From the NCBI RefSeq assembly GCF_001194135.2, contig NC_068989.1, positions 81,991,132 to 82,055,131 on the forward strand: DNA of 64,000 bases, in the 5' to 3' direction. Every line of letters starts with the position of its first letter. Within the stretch, counting starts at the first letter, position 1. Below are positions 1 through 13,649 of this stretch, piece by piece. The translations under genes and the position numbers were made by a program. The notes below the pieces were generated by a model. The model searched no databases, was not told the DNA's origin, and worked only from the letters and a program-made list of their open reading frames with translations. The stretch comes from Octopus bimaculoides. Lineage: Eukaryota.

Positions 1-688
1 CTCATCAAGTAGAGCCATGACCTGGAGGTAGTTATGATGGTGTTGTTGCGTGGTCCATAGTCAGCTCTAATCTAACAGGCTAATGGAAGGTGTGTAGTTG
101 GTCAAACAATCTGGTGTGGTGACCTGTCGATCAATTCAACTAAATATACTTAGTCTCTTTCTTAGCAAGGATGACACTACATATTCCAACATGCAGTGGT
201 TATTGATATTCATTACTATATGGTGTGTGTGTATGTGTGTCTCCTAAAGAACAGCTGTTCGAAGAGAGAGAGAGAGACATAGCAGCACCAAGTGGTGCTC
301 CATTGTCCACAGATATCAAAAGACAATGGCTAGCATTCAGACACAACTGGTTAGTAAACCTCAAGTGGAACAACCACTACAACACAACAAACTCAATCAC
401 CATTATTTTCAAGTGGACACCAATGTATTTATAACTAAGTGAAACTAAAGCAAGCTACAAACATTGTCATCTTATTGCTGCTGTTGCAACTGCTGCCATC
501 ACCACTACCACTTCTACTAAAAGACAAAACAATCATTCATCTGTTAATTTGGTTTTGTTTCTTTTCTTCACTGCGTTAGAGAAATTCCAAAACTCCAGCT
601 TTGACCAACTTTTTTCAAACAACTCATCCCTGTCATTACCAACATTATATAATTTCATCATCATCATCATTATTATAATTATTATTAA

Positions 689-908
689 CCCTTCCGTTAC
701 CAACCTGGCTGAAACTGGCTTTGGCTCTGAGTACGGATATCTTGTTTACATAAGTTTTGAATTAAAATCTTCCACCAAACCCTAGTCACAATTCCTGTTC
801 CTAACACTAGCTGAATGATAACTAAATTATTTTACTAAATTCTTTGTTATCTTTAAAGTAATTGAAAGAAACACAGAGCATCTCAAAATAAATACAGTAA
901 CTAAAGGG
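689..908. mobile_element. piggyBac-like MITE
   Basis: TTAA|CCCTTCCGTTAC ... GTAACTAAAGGG|TTAC. TIRs match at 10/12, and the right TTAA is altered where a family B SINE begins. Confidence 0.7.
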
Positions 909-1289
909 TTACGGTGGCGAGCTAGTAGAATTGGTAGTATATTGGAGAAATGCTCAATAATATTTTGTTGGTCTTTATGTTCTGAGTTCAAATTCTGCCA
1001 AGGTTGATTTTGCCTTTCATCCTTTTGGGGTTGATTGAAATAAATACCAGTTGAGTACTGGAGTCAATGTAATTGACTAGTCCCCTCCCCACAAAATTTC
1101 GGACCCTGTGCCTATGATAGAAAGGATTATTCTTCTTCTTCTTCTTATTATTATTCAGTAGTTTTGTTTTTATAACGTGCTTTCACTTCACTACCGAGCG
1201 CAGCACTGTGTGCCTTGGGTATGTGTTGTGGTTTGCTGTGATGCTCTTATGGTTATTGTATTGAAAGTGTTTTGCGTATATTATTATTA

Positions 1290-1326
<37 letters not shown>

Positions 1327-2661
1327 TATTCAGGCTATGATATGGCAGAATTGTTAGCATGCTGGACAAAATGCTTAGTGGCATGTCCTCAGGTTTTATG
1401 TTCTGAGTTCAAATGCTGTTGAGTTGACTTTGTCATTTATCCATTATGGCCAATAAGAAATATAGTACCAGACAAGAACAAGTACAGGAGGAGGGCGCGA
1501 GTGGGTGTGTCAATGTACTGAAGTTGCCTCCTCTCCTAAAAATTGCCAGCCTCATGCCAAAATTAGAAAGAATTATCATTATTATTATTATTATTATTAA
1601 AAATAACACGGGAAGTACTCAAATTGAGTTTATATATAAGTGAAGAAGAGAAGAGAAACTAGCTGAAGTTAATGTAAATAGGGAAACATATTGCAAAGCA
1701 ATAAATGTTTTATACACACACACACACACACAATATTGTTACTTATTAGGGATGTGTACAATGCAACAAAACGTCCACACAGGAATTGAACTCAAATTTT
1801 TGGAGTTGGAAGTTCACTATGTTATTTACCAAGCCACTTCACTCGTAATCCTTGAAAGTAGATTAGGGGTGTATCCCAGTTGGGTGAGTGGACGAGAAAT
1901 ATATTCCTGATATTGGTGATGGTAATTGAGAGCAATTGCACTTAACAGAGGACTCCACCAACGACATCGTTTCAACAACAGCATTAAAAATGTTGACGAC
2001 AACAGAGTCAACTATTTGTCACTATAGCTTTGTGGCATTTATACCACCTTCAGTTTGGGAGGCATGAGAAATATTTTGACGGGTGCTAGCTAGCATATGT
2101 GTATGTGTGCGTGAGAGAGAGAGAGAAAGAGAGAATGTGAGTATATTGTATGGGTGTGTGTGTGTGGACAAAATTCATCAAAGACACCCACAGAAATAAG
2201 GATGTGGAGGCTGTTATGGCACCGAACCAGAGACCAGTGACATTATTTGAAACAAAAATCAGAAATGTAACTCTTTTTACATCTCATCAAAAGCTAACGC
2301 ACACACACATACACTGAGGGTGGGGGTACTTGGCATTGTCCACCACTACCACCAATGCCATCATCCTCACTGACTTATTCTTGAAAATTCCCAGTGGGGG
2401 AATAGAGGAGGGGAGGGGGGAATAATGGGAGTCTCAATTATACAAGGGAAGACCAGAAAGTCATGGAATAAACAACAATATCAATTTCAGTCCAGAAATA
2501 TCACATTCAGAAATTTGAGAAATATTATCAACTGTCCTACCTGGTTGGTGGATGATGAACAGGTGAGTAAAATATAGTCTTACCTGTTTATAGAGGTTAA
2601 ACCTGTCATACTGAGATGGTGGATTTGTTAGACAGCAACAGTAGGAAGCCTTTGGACTCAC

Positions 2662-2695
2662 CTGTCGTAAAAGACATGGGTTCTGCAATCTCTTG
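2662..2695 (-). CDS. Candidate 34-nt exon (phase 0 to 1; QEIAEPMSFTT)
   Basis: ggttgttcag|CAA GAG ... ACG ACA G|gtgagt. Strong donor, weak acceptor. In frame after the 6928 candidate. Confidence 0.2.
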
Positions 2696-3069
2696 CTGAA
2701 CAACCATGCCCATGTGATTTATTTATAGTGATTGAATGTTTGTGCTGTACATTCGCTCACTCCCTCAATCAAATCAATATTACCTGTACAGGTGCAGAGT
2801 GTACTAAAGGTCAGATGTCAAAGTGATTGCAGAACAATGTGAAATGAGTTTTGCTCAAGAACAACACACTGCCCCGTCCTGGAATCAAAGCCATGATTTT
2901 GCATTTATGAGTACAACATTCTGATCACAAGGCTATGAGTTTTCACTACACATATGTGCGTGTGTGTGCATGAATGGTGATATTTCATGGATGGCTTCAC
3001 GTGTCACTGCTTGAGCCAAATGGTGATACAGTTATATTTCTCGTTGATATTATGATCAGTTTAAAGCAG

Positions 3070-3280
3070 CAAGCTGGCAGAATTGTTAGCACACCAGAGA
3101 AAATACTTAGTGATGTTTCATCTGTATTTATGTTCTGAGTTCAAATTCTGCTGAGGTCATCTTCGCCTTTCAGCCTTTTGGAGGTCAATTACATAAGTAC
3201 CAGCCGAGCACTGAGGTCGACGTAATTGACCTACCCGATCACCTGAAACTGTTGGCCTTATGCTGAAATTTGAAACTGAT
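3070..3280 (+). mobile_element. SINE family B, Meta-domain-like (related copies about 912-1130 +, 1335-1470 +, 3540-3720 -, 20825-21015 -, 56150-56285 +, 59385-59595 -)
   Basis: Recurrent GCTGGCAGAATTGTTAGC...GTTCTGAGTTCAAATTCTGC...GCCTTTCATCCTTT..GGGGTCGAT..AAGTACCAG. The central part resembles the MetaSINE domain as I recall it. Confidence 0.75.
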
Positions 3281-3744
3281 ATTATGACCAGTCTGAAAAG
3301 CCTTAGAAACAAAATCTCTTATCTGAAAACAGGTATGGGTTGGCAAAGGGAATAGCATCTGGCTGTAAAATTCTGTCTCAAATAAATCCTTCTCTAACTC
3401 CCTGCTAGCATCGTAAATTCGACAGTGAATGAATGAACCTCTTGAGAACACAAATACAGTAAATTTACACCCTAAACGGGAAGTTGATAATGACAACTCA
3501 GGCACTGTCAATGTTGCAACATTGTATGATTGTCACAAACTGTGCCAAAACCATTGTCAATAATTCATATTGGTTTCAAATTTTGGTACAAGGCCAGCAG
3601 TTTTAAGGGCAGGGGAAAGGCATGTTGATCTCGGTGGAGTTTTAACCCAGAATGTAAAGATGGATTAAACGCCACGAAGCATTTTGTCCAGCATGCTGAC
3701 AAACCTGCCAGCCCATTGCCTGGTCAATAATTAATATTCTAAGA

Positions 3745-3945
3745 TCTCTTTTGCTCTTTTACTTGTTTCAGTCATTTGACTGCAGCCATGCTGGAGCACC
3801 GCCTTTAGTCAAGCAAATTGACCCCGGGACTTATTCTTTGTAAGCCTAGTACTTATTCTATCGGTCTCTTTTGCCGAACCGCTAAGTGACGGGGACATAA
3901 ACACACCAGCATTGGTTGTCAAGCAATGCTAGGGGGACAAACACA

Positions 3946-4015
<70 letters not shown>

Positions 4016-4107
4016 TACGATGGGCTTTCAGTTTCCGTCTGCCAAATCCACTCACAAGGCTTTGGTCGGCCCGAGGCTATAGTAGAAGACACTTGCTCAA
4101 GATGCCA
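3745..4107 (-). mobile_element. SINE family A, 5'-truncated
   Basis: Colinear with the 17012 copy from the tail to the CORE-like box. Confidence 0.85.
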
Positions 4108-4871
4108 TAAATAAAAAGGTATCTAATTAATGATTTCATAAGTGCAAGAATGTTTTTATATGTAGGATGGAACTGTAATTAATTAATTAATATCTTCCCA
4201 CGACCCAGATGGAAGCAATGTAATGTAAACTTCAGCAATATTTGAACTTAGGATATTGGAGTTATCAGGTATGAAGAGCAGCTCTTAACATTCTGAACTA
4301 GTTTCACAGTAAATTCCCTTCAGAAATGGTAACAAAAGAAACAGAAATTAAAGAAAAAACAATTCAAATAAATAAATACTGGCTAAGAACCTTAGTGATC
4401 AGCTTCAAGTAAATAGAACCCCTAACTGAACATCCCTAGTAAACATATTCTCCCTCCCAGGTGCCACAGAATCAACTTCCTGCCTGCGGGGCACATGCCA
4501 AAGATGCTAATCTCAAATTTCACGTTAAAAAAATGCTCTTCCCACCCCCACCTTACCCAGGATCTGATCTATTTTTCTTTAAAAATGGTAACGGATGAGT
4601 GTTTCTTTTGAGAGTATAATAAGGAGTACAAGTATGAGTGGGCCCCTACCCCCATGTCGTAGCGTCACTCACACCTTTCGATAACAGCAGTTAAAAAAGG
4701 GAGCTTACATAATTAGGGGCTGTTATGTAAATAGGGACCTAAATGTTCACCAGTGACTGTTAAATTACTTTAAGTCCTTTGTGGTGAGATGAAGCTTCTG
4801 TGAACCAACATTCAGTGCTTAGGGACACACAGTATATATAGGGATGTACATCCAAATACATGTGTGTGTGT

Positions 4872-4924
<53 letters not shown>

Positions 4925-5102
4925 TTTGTGTGTTCAGTAAACATTACTGATGAATCTCTGGTAAGTACATACAAGCAGTTAAGCTTTTGTTTACATGCAT
5001 ATTTTCTCTCTCACACATGCCATTAGCATACATGCACACATGCACTCACCATTAACAATTACCACACCACCACATGCCATTAGCATACATACCACACCAT
5101 AC

Positions 5103-5146
<44 letters not shown>

Positions 5147-5816
5147 GTAAATTAGATGTAAACCCCGATATCGTCTACCTTAAATGTAGATGGAATATTT
5201 TCTGCTCCAAATCAAAACTATTTGGTTGGCTCTTAAATGGTGACAACAGAGTACAGATGGGTGGGTGGGGGCCTGCCCTCTTGAAATATGAGTATATAGG
5301 AGCGGGTAAGGGGTCGGGTGGGTTATTCTACATAGATTTAGGGAGTAGAATACTTTACAATTTACAAATTATTCTCACCATAGAAATTGTTGTGGAAGAG
5401 AACATCCAAAGAAATTCAGTCTATAAATTCAGATAAACTCATCTCTGATAAGAGACTCTTAATTGATATTTAATTGGAGTATAACCTCGTTAGATGTAGG
5501 GTTTATTAAGTGCTGAAAACCTCTTAGGGAGAATGTTAAAAATATTGAGAGTCCAGTACTGGTTATGTTAGGTAATCGTTAATGGCATATGTCTAGCTGG
5601 AAGACATAAAAAAGAGTTTATTTGTTTATAATAAAACAAAGGTTATTCAACTTAATACATTTAGGGAGCAAAATACTCCGAGCTTTTAGGGACCATTCTT
5701 TACAAGAATGCACTGCTTTTGAAAGAAGATGGGTTTGATAGAGAAAGAATTTGTTTTAATAGCCATATTTAAACAATCTCTCTCTCTCTCTCTTTGCCTC
5801 ACTATATATATATACA

Positions 5817-5946
5817 GACATGGCTGTGTGGTAAGAAGTTTGCTTCCCAACCACTGCATGCCACCTTGGGTAAGTGTCTTCTACTATAGCCTCAGGCCCA
5901 TCAACGCCTTGTGAGTGGATTTGGTAGACAGAAACTGAAAGAAGCC

Positions 5947-5988
<42 letters not shown>

Positions 5989-6024
5989 GTGTTTGTGTCT
6001 GCCTCCCCTCCCCCCCATCGCTTG
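5817..6024 (+). mobile_element. SINE family A, 5' half running into a gap
   Basis: TGGCTGTGTGGTAAG head, CCTTGGGTAAGTGTCTTCTACTATAGCC, internal (TA)n. Confidence 0.85.
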
Positions 6025-6927
6025 NNNNNNNNNNNNNNNNNNNNNNNNNNNNNNNNNNNNNNNNNNNNNNNNNNNNNNNNNNNNNNNNNNNNNNNNNNNN
6101 NNNNNNNNNNNNNNNNNNNNNNNNNNNNNNNNNNNNNNNNNNNNNNNNNNNNNNNNNNNNNNNNNNNNNNNNNNNNNNNNNNNNNNNNNNNNNNNNNNNN
6201 NNNNNNNNNNNNNNNNNNNNNNNNNNNNNNNNNNNNNNNNNNNNNNNNNNNNNNNNNNNNNNNNNNNNNNNNNNNNNNNNNNNNNNNNNNNNNNNNNNNN
6301 NNNNNNNNNNNNNNNNNNNNNNNNNNNNNNNNNNNNNNNNNNNNNNNNNNNNNNNNNNNNNNNNNNNNNNNNNNNNNNNNNNNNNNNNNNNNNNNNNNNN
6401 NNNNNNNNNNNNNNNNNNNNNNNNNNNNNNNNNNNNNNNNNNNNNNNNNNNNNTATATATATATATATATACAAACATATATATCACATATATAAATATT
6501 TAAATAGTCTTGGATATACAGAAGGAAACTCACATCAAGTCTTATATTATAATTTGTATACACACACGCATACACAAACACACACACACATGCATGCATG
6601 ACTAACAGCATATGCTAAATACACACATATTTATTCAAATACTCCACTGAGTCACTGGTTTCAGATTTGGTCATACTTTAGTGAGTGGGACCATGGAATT
6701 CTGTCAGAATGTCAGACAGCTTTTATTATTCCATGCTTACACATATCCTCCTTGTTCTGTTCTTCGTTAACTAGTGACCTCGTTACAGATGACAACATCC
6801 TCAACAAGTGTGTTTAACACAACAAGATTGTGTTTCATTTATTTGTAGTCCTTTATCTATTAAATACAGAGAACCGTCTGTAGTTTCGGCGTTGTGGTTT
6901 TGTACAGTTCTGATCGCTAACCCTCAC

Positions 6928-7040
6928 CTCAACAATTTTGTCAGATGATTTACAACAAAATATGTCTAGAGTTACATTATGACACGACTTTGCCTTATCT
7001 TTGTCTTTACTGAAGATGGCAAAAGTTCTTATCAAAGTGC
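6928..7040 (-). CDS. Candidate exon after the large exon (113 nt, phase 1 to 0; TLIRTFAIFSKDKDKAKSCHNVTLDIFCCKSSDKIVE)
   Basis: gttttaagtaaatacag|GC ACT ... GTT GAG|gtgagg. Open and phase-compatible with the 13650 donor. No recognisable homology. Confidence 0.3.
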
Positions 7041-7776
7041 CTGTATTTACTTAAAACAACAACAATAACTGTGTGGAGGAATCAAATTTAAACCAATTGA
7101 CTGTTCTTTTGTAGCAGGTGAAGGAAGTGGAAGAAAAAAGCCAATTATCTTTCTTTCTACAAGGAATATTATTTGATTTGAATCAGCAGCTGTTCACAGA
7201 TATAAAAATTGATATCTTTAAGAATAGGAATCAATGTACACACTATGTACGACACAAATACACCATGTACATATACTGTACAGCATGCAGATTGTACATA
7301 GACACACACAAAGAAGCACATTACATACATTCATATACAGTACACCCTCACAAGCAGACATCCACATATTGTGCAGTTATGATTCAAGTAATTTTTCTAC
7401 GAAAGGTTTTAAGGTTCATGATATATCACTGACATGTTGTGTCAGTGTAGGGAAATGGGTTATGACACTATGGGTGACTGTTGTGATACTGTGGGACAAT
7501 GTGTGGTGACAGAAAGAGATGGTGTATGAAACACTGAGAAGGGGTGCAGTGGCACTCGGTGGGTAGTGCATTGTGAGACAGTGGGACAGTAAGTTGTAAC
7601 ATGATAGAGCAGCATATTGTGACATAACGAAGTAATGTGTTGCAGCACATTAGGGAGAAGATTGTGGCACTACAGAACATGATGTTTTGGAATTTCAGAT
7701 TAGAGAAGAGTGGAGAGTCAAAGGGCCCACAAGGTTAAACCCAGCTTTAACAGAGAAACTGGCCTTTAAATATTTG

Positions 7777-7819
<43 letters not shown>

Positions 7820-7821
<2 letters not shown>

Positions 7822-8155
7822 ATACAGCACAAATAACCTGAGAGAAAAACTGGATACAAGAGAAACCAGATGTAATGTACAAGAGAGAAGACTGACATGG
7901 TACAAACATATGATGCATATGGAAGATATGACCATGGTAGGAGATTCTTGGATAAAGACCTGGTGGGAGGTGCAAGAGGAAGGAGTCCAAGGAAGAGGAA
8001 AACATGGGAAAAAAATGATGAGAATTAATCTCAAAGAGTTAGAACCTTATGAAGGAGTTGATAAAGAATCACAAGTGGGGAGTTAGTGGTGAAGACCTGT
8101 CCAACCTATGAAAACATGAAAAAGCAGATGTGAAAAATGATGACGATGATACACA
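7820..8155 (+). mobile_element. RTE-like LINE 3' end, decayed
   Basis: RRLTWYKHMMHMED... and a G-R-G-R-P-R-K-T-W-like motif, then CCAACCTATGAAAACATGAAAAAGCAGATGTGAAAAA(TGA)n. Confidence 0.7.
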
Positions 8156-9526
8156 CATCACCATCTTTATCATTGTTTTACGTCTGTTTTACATGCTGGC
8201 ATGGATTGGACAGTATGACAAGATCAAACACTGGAGAATTATATCTTGTTTCATTGTCTTAGTTTTGGTTAGATTTCTATGACTGGCTACTCTTCCTAAC
8301 ACCAACTACTTTACAAGGTGTACTGGGTGCATTTTCCTATGACACTAGCACTATAGAGGTAGTCTTTCCCTCAGCAAGACAGATGAATCCTCTCAAATCC
8401 TATGCTGTCTCTACTTGATTCATCCAACAAGGTGCCATGCAGGGGGACTGAACCCCAAACCATGTGGTTGGGAAGTGAACTTCTTTACCACACAGTCATG
8501 CTTGTGCCTATAACACACACACAACAAGGTAATGGTAGAGAATTTATGACTATGTGAGCTAAAGTGATATGATTTGTCTTTAAGTCAAACTTCATTATGT
8601 GACCAGAAGTTAGTGGTTAGCTATGGGCACCTGAATTAATGATCTTAAAGACAGTAAGCAATGCTTCATCACACATACACACACACACACACACAGCTTA
8701 GCAGAGCTTGTTAGTGAGTATGATATGGTATCTCATACAATGATTTTGCCAGTTGCTTTTGGAGCCTATCTTGTTGTGAGAAGACATAGACGTCTTCTCA
8801 GCCCTTCCACTTCTTGACCAAAAGGTGCAGCCCTCTCTCTATCCTTACAGAGGTTACATAATATCTATGGTAATACAACCAAATAGAGGCAGTGGGCTGC
8901 TGCACAAACATTCAGTTGGTACTCATTTTTAGCTGAGTAAACTGCAGCAACATGAGATAAAGCATCTTGTTCAAGAACATAAAATGCCATCTAATCAAGG
9001 AATTGAACTATAAACCTTATGATCACAAGCCCAACCCCTAGACATCAGACCACACACCTTCATATGTGTCCATGTACATACACACACACAGAGCTTAATC
9101 ACAATATAGGTGTAAGAGGGGTTAGGTACTGTGAAAGCATGTGTGTAGAGTGTAAAACAGTCGAAGGAAGACAGGAAAAGTATGGATAGAGGGGGTGAAG
9201 TTAGTGGTTAAATAGGGGGTGGTAGTGAAGTCATATTTGGTGACATATCTACAAGTTATCTTCATAAGTGAATAATTAATTATAAATAGAAATAGAATTG
9301 TTTAATTAATGTGGCATTAGTCTAATTTATGTTGTTAATTAGTGTTAGAACAGGTATGAATATCGCAACATCTTTTAATGGATAACTGGTAATTAATCTA
9401 ATTATACAGTAGGTCTTTACTTGACCATCAGTTTTGTGTGCATATGCATAGATATATACATTAACCAATTTGTGTGTGTGCGTACACACACACACATATA
9501 AGTATATATATATATTTATATATACA

Positions 9527-9571
<45 letters not shown>

Positions 9572-10106
9572 NNNNNNNNNNNNNNNNNNNNNNNNNNNNN
9601 NNNNNNNNNNNNNNNNNNNNNNNNNNNNNNNNNNNNNNNNNNNNNNNNNNNNNNNNNNNNNNNNNNNNNNNNNNNNNNNNNNNNNNNNNNNNNNNNNNNN
9701 NNNNNNNNNNNNNNNNNNNNNNNNNNNNNNNNNNNNNNNNNNNNNNNNNNNNNNNNNNNNNNNNNNNNNNNNNNNNNNNNNNNNNNNNNNNNNNNNNNNN
9801 NNNNNNNNNNNNNNNNNNNNNNNNNNNNNNNNNNNNNNNNNNNNNNNNNNNNNNNNNNNNNNNNNNNNNNNNNNNNNNNNNNNNNNNNNNNNNNNNNNNN
9901 NNNNNNNNNNNNNNNNNNNNNNNNNNNNNNNNNNNNNNNNNNNNNNNNNNNNNNNNNNNNNNNNNNNNNNNNNNNNNNNNNNNNNNNNNNNNNNNNNNNN
10001 NNNNNNNNNNNNNNNNNNNNNNNNNNNNNNNNNNNNNNNNNNNNNNNNNNNNNNNNNNNNNNNNNNNNNNNNNNNNNNNNNNNNNNNNNNATATATATAT
10101 AGTGAA

Positions 10107-10425
10107 GGTGCATGGTTTAATGGTTGGGACATTCAGCTCACGATTGGAAGGTCGTGAATTTAATTCCTGGTGATGTATTGTGCCCTTGAGCAAGACACTT
10201 TATTTCACATTGCCCCAGTCCACTCAGCTGGCAAAAATGAGAAGTACCTGTATTTCAAAGAGCCAGCCTTGTCACACTCTGTGTCACGCTGAATCTCTCC
10301 AAGAACTGCATTAAGGGTACATGTGTCTGTGGAATGCTCAACCACTTGCATGTTAATTTAATGAGCAGGCTGTTCCTTTGATCGTATCAGCTGGGACTCT
10401 TGTGGTTGTAACAAATGGAGTGCTC
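10107..10425 (+). mobile_element. SINE family D (second copy about 28597-28915 +; remnants near 8800-9060 -, 38730-38880 +)
   Basis: tRNA-like head, CCCTTGAGCAAGACACTTTATTTCAC core, and a 3' CCTTGTCACAC...TTAAGGGTAC segment shared with the 48497 element. Confidence 0.8.
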
Positions 10426-10427
10426 CT

Positions 10428-10478
<51 letters not shown>

Positions 10479-11524
10479 NNNNNNNNNNNNNNNNNNNNNN
10501 NNNNNNNNNNNNNNNNNNNNNNNNNNNNNNNNNNNNNNNNNNNNNNNNNNNNNNNNNNNNNNNNNNNNNNNNNNNNNNNNNNNNNNNNNNNNNNNNNNNN
10601 NNNNNNNNNNNNNNNNNNNNNNNNNNNNNNNNNNNNNNNNNNNNNNNNNNNNNNNNNNNNNNNNNNNNNNNNNNNNNNNNNNNNNNNNNNNNNNNNNNNN
10701 NNNNNNNNNNNNNNNNNNNNNNNNNNNNNNNNNNNNNNNNNNNNNNNNNNNNNNNNNNNNNNNNNNNNNNNNNNNNNNNNNNNNNNNNNNNNNNNNNNNN
10801 NNNNNNNNNNNNNNNNNNNNNNNNNNNNNNNNNNNNNNNNNNNNNNNNNNNNNNNNNNNNNNNNNNNNNNNNNNNNNNNNNNNNNNNNNNNNNNNNNNNN
10901 NNNNNNNNNNNNNNNNNNNNNNNNNNNNNNNNNNNNNNNNNNNNNNNNNNNNNNNNNNNNNNNNNNNNNNNNNNNNNNNNNNNNNNNNNNNNNNNNNNNN
11001 NNNNNNNNNNNNNNNNNNNNNNNNNNNNNNNNNNNNNNNNNNNNNNNNNNNNNNNNNNNNNNNNNNNNNNNNNNNNNNNNNNNNNNNNNNNNNNNNNNNN
11101 NNNNNNNNNNNNNNNNNNNNNNNNNNNNNNNNNNNNNNNNNNNNNNNNNNNNNNNNNNNNNNNNNNNNNNNNNNNNNNNNNNNNNNNNNNNNNNNNNNNN
11201 NNNNNNNNNNNNNNNNNNNNNNNNNNNNNNNNNNNNNNNNNNNNNNNNNNNNNNNNNNNNNNNNNNNNNNNNNNNNNNNNNNNNNNNNNNNNNNNNNNNN
11301 NNNNNNNNNNNNNNNNNNNNNNNNNNNNNNNNNNNNNNNNNNNNNNNNNNNNNNNNNNNNNNNNNNNNNNNNNNNNNNNNNNNNNNNNNNNNNNNNNNNN
11401 NNNNNNNNNNNNNNNNNNTATATATATATATATATATATCTTTTTATCTGGGTGTAAAGCTATAGAAATAACTCAAGGCCTGCTCAAGAGTTTCATGTGT
11501 AGCAACATGTGTGTGTGTATATAT

Positions 11525-11557
<33 letters not shown>

Positions 11558-13169
11558 CATATATGTATGTGTATAAGAACCATTTACAGTCTGTCTTTCA
11601 TTGCATTATCTATTCACACTCAGAACATCCAATAATGAGTTTCCAAGCAAAAATGAAACTTACATAAGAGACAATTGATGTAGATTTGAGATATAATTAT
11701 TTAAATATATATAATGTGTGTGCAAGCAACCAGTAAGTCTGTGGCAATATATAACAAAAATTCTTGGACACAGAAAGAGACTGACAACCATACTCAAATT
11801 TGGACAGTCAAGAAGACTACATTTTTGAGAACGAAACTTTAAAATGGAAGTTTTAAGAGAAAAATGTCGTTGGCATTTTAGTAAATAAAATTGAAACACC
11901 TCTAAAGATCTACTTTAGGAATGTTATCCAGGTACACAATCTGCACAAAAAATAGCAGTTACAAAACAACTGTATAGTTAATGGAGTTGAATATTATCAT
12001 CATCATCGTTTAACGTCCGCTTTCCATGCTAGCATGGGTTGGACGATTTGACTGAGGACTGGTGAAACCGGATGGCAACACCAGGCTCCAGTCTGATTTG
12101 GCAGAGTTTCTACAGCTGGATGCCCTTCCTAACGCCAACCACTCAGAGAGTGTAGTGGGTGCTTTTACGTGTCACCCGCACGAAAACGGCCACGCTNNNN
12201 NNNNNNNNNNNNNNNNNNNNNNNNNNNNNNNNNNNNNNNNNNNNNNNNNNNNNNNNNNNNNNNNNNNNNNNNNNNNNNNNNNNNNNNNNNNNNNNNNNNN
12301 NNNNNNNNNNNNNNNNNNNNNNNNNNNCAACGGCCACGCTCAAAATGGTGCATCTCATGTGCCACCTGCACCACCCACTCTGATAAAATAATGATTGTAT
12401 ACACGACTGTATTTTAGGGGTGGTTGCCCGGGTATCTGGGTGTAGTATGACTATCTGTATGTGCTTGTTATAAGTTTGAGTGATACTGACGTTAAGAACT
12501 AATATCTAAAAGCACAATAAAGAGTTATCTCCCTTCATCTATTCATAAATGGAAAAATGTTTGCGGTTTCAAGAGGCAAAAAAAAAAAAAAAAAAAGCTG
12601 GCAGAAATAAAAAAAACAGGTTTCATGTTCAATCCCAGTTAGGAGCAAGTAGAAGAATGGGGAGAGGATGGAGAATCGCTAGTCAATAGTTTTAAATTAG
12701 TATAATTTTATACATCTGCACTGAGGATTGTGAAGATAATTTCTGTGAATGATTAAGGAATTCAGTTGCTGAATTATGAACAAATGGATAGAAATTCACG
12801 CCCAGGAAACAGCATCAGTCAGTTTCCTATTTTATTTGATTCATTTTAAGAACTGATTTTGATGAAATAAAAAATCAATTAATAAATGATAATGACGATG
12901 ATGACGATAATTTGACACTGAATAAATATGGAATGTATAGAGCAGAGGACACGAGTAACACCTATCATCAGAGAATGATTATATGCTTTCTACTGCTAAG
13001 TCAGACAAACAGAGATTGGATATCATCCAAGAAATCAATAGAATATATTATAAACAAAAGGGTAGGTTAAAGAGAGGACAAACTAGGACTCCTAAAGCAG
13101 TGAGTGAAGCAGATGAATAAGTATATCTACCAAACTCACAATATCTTGCTTTCCTGAATATGGACACAT

Positions 13170-13597
13170 TAAAGCTCCAACATTTGGTAACTGACTTGAT
13201 AGACACCTTTAAGATTATCCACTACCTTTTCAACAACAACCCTGGGCAACTTTTTGAATCCCATATGTCTAACAGTCGTGGACATGCTTAGATAATCAAA
13301 GAGCAACACAGAACCCATTACTTTCGGAACCATTTTCTCCTGCTCAGACTTGCAGAAGCATGAAATAAACTACCCACATCAGCTGTTAGCTGTCAAGACA
13401 CTTCATCCTCCAAAACGTCCAGGTTTCCCTGAAATTCATCAACAGTACATCTAATGCGCCCCTACCCACTTCTGTATTTTTTAAACAATTCGTTCATTGT
13501 TCACTTCTTGTGCATATTCTCTGTACTGTTCATGCACTTTTGACTACTTTTTCTGATGAGGACTGCATACGATAAGCTTATTATTATTATTATTATA
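13170..13597 (+). mobile_element. CR1-type LINE 3' fragment with (TAT)n tail
   Basis: Decayed frame FKIIH...SNSRGHA*IIKEQHRTHYFRNHFL..LRLAEA*NKLPTSAV resembles the CR1 ORF2 C-terminus (TRGH...FF..R....WN.LP). Confidence 0.8.
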
Positions 13598-13649
13598 AAC
13601 AGTTGAAGATATTGAGAATAACAACACTAACAAAAAAAGATATACTCAC

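Noticed and set aside
13140-13153. 14-nt AG...GT unit (GAAAGCAAGATATT) just after the large exon
   Set aside because: Splicing from the phase-1 T creates TGA at once, and there is no other support.
13553-13575. CTGATGAGG in the CR1 3'UTR
   Set aside because: No stem II and no downstream GAAA.
1-13600. PH, Arf-binding and RhoGAP exons
   Set aside because: No frame resembling these domains was seen. They are presumed to lie left of the window.
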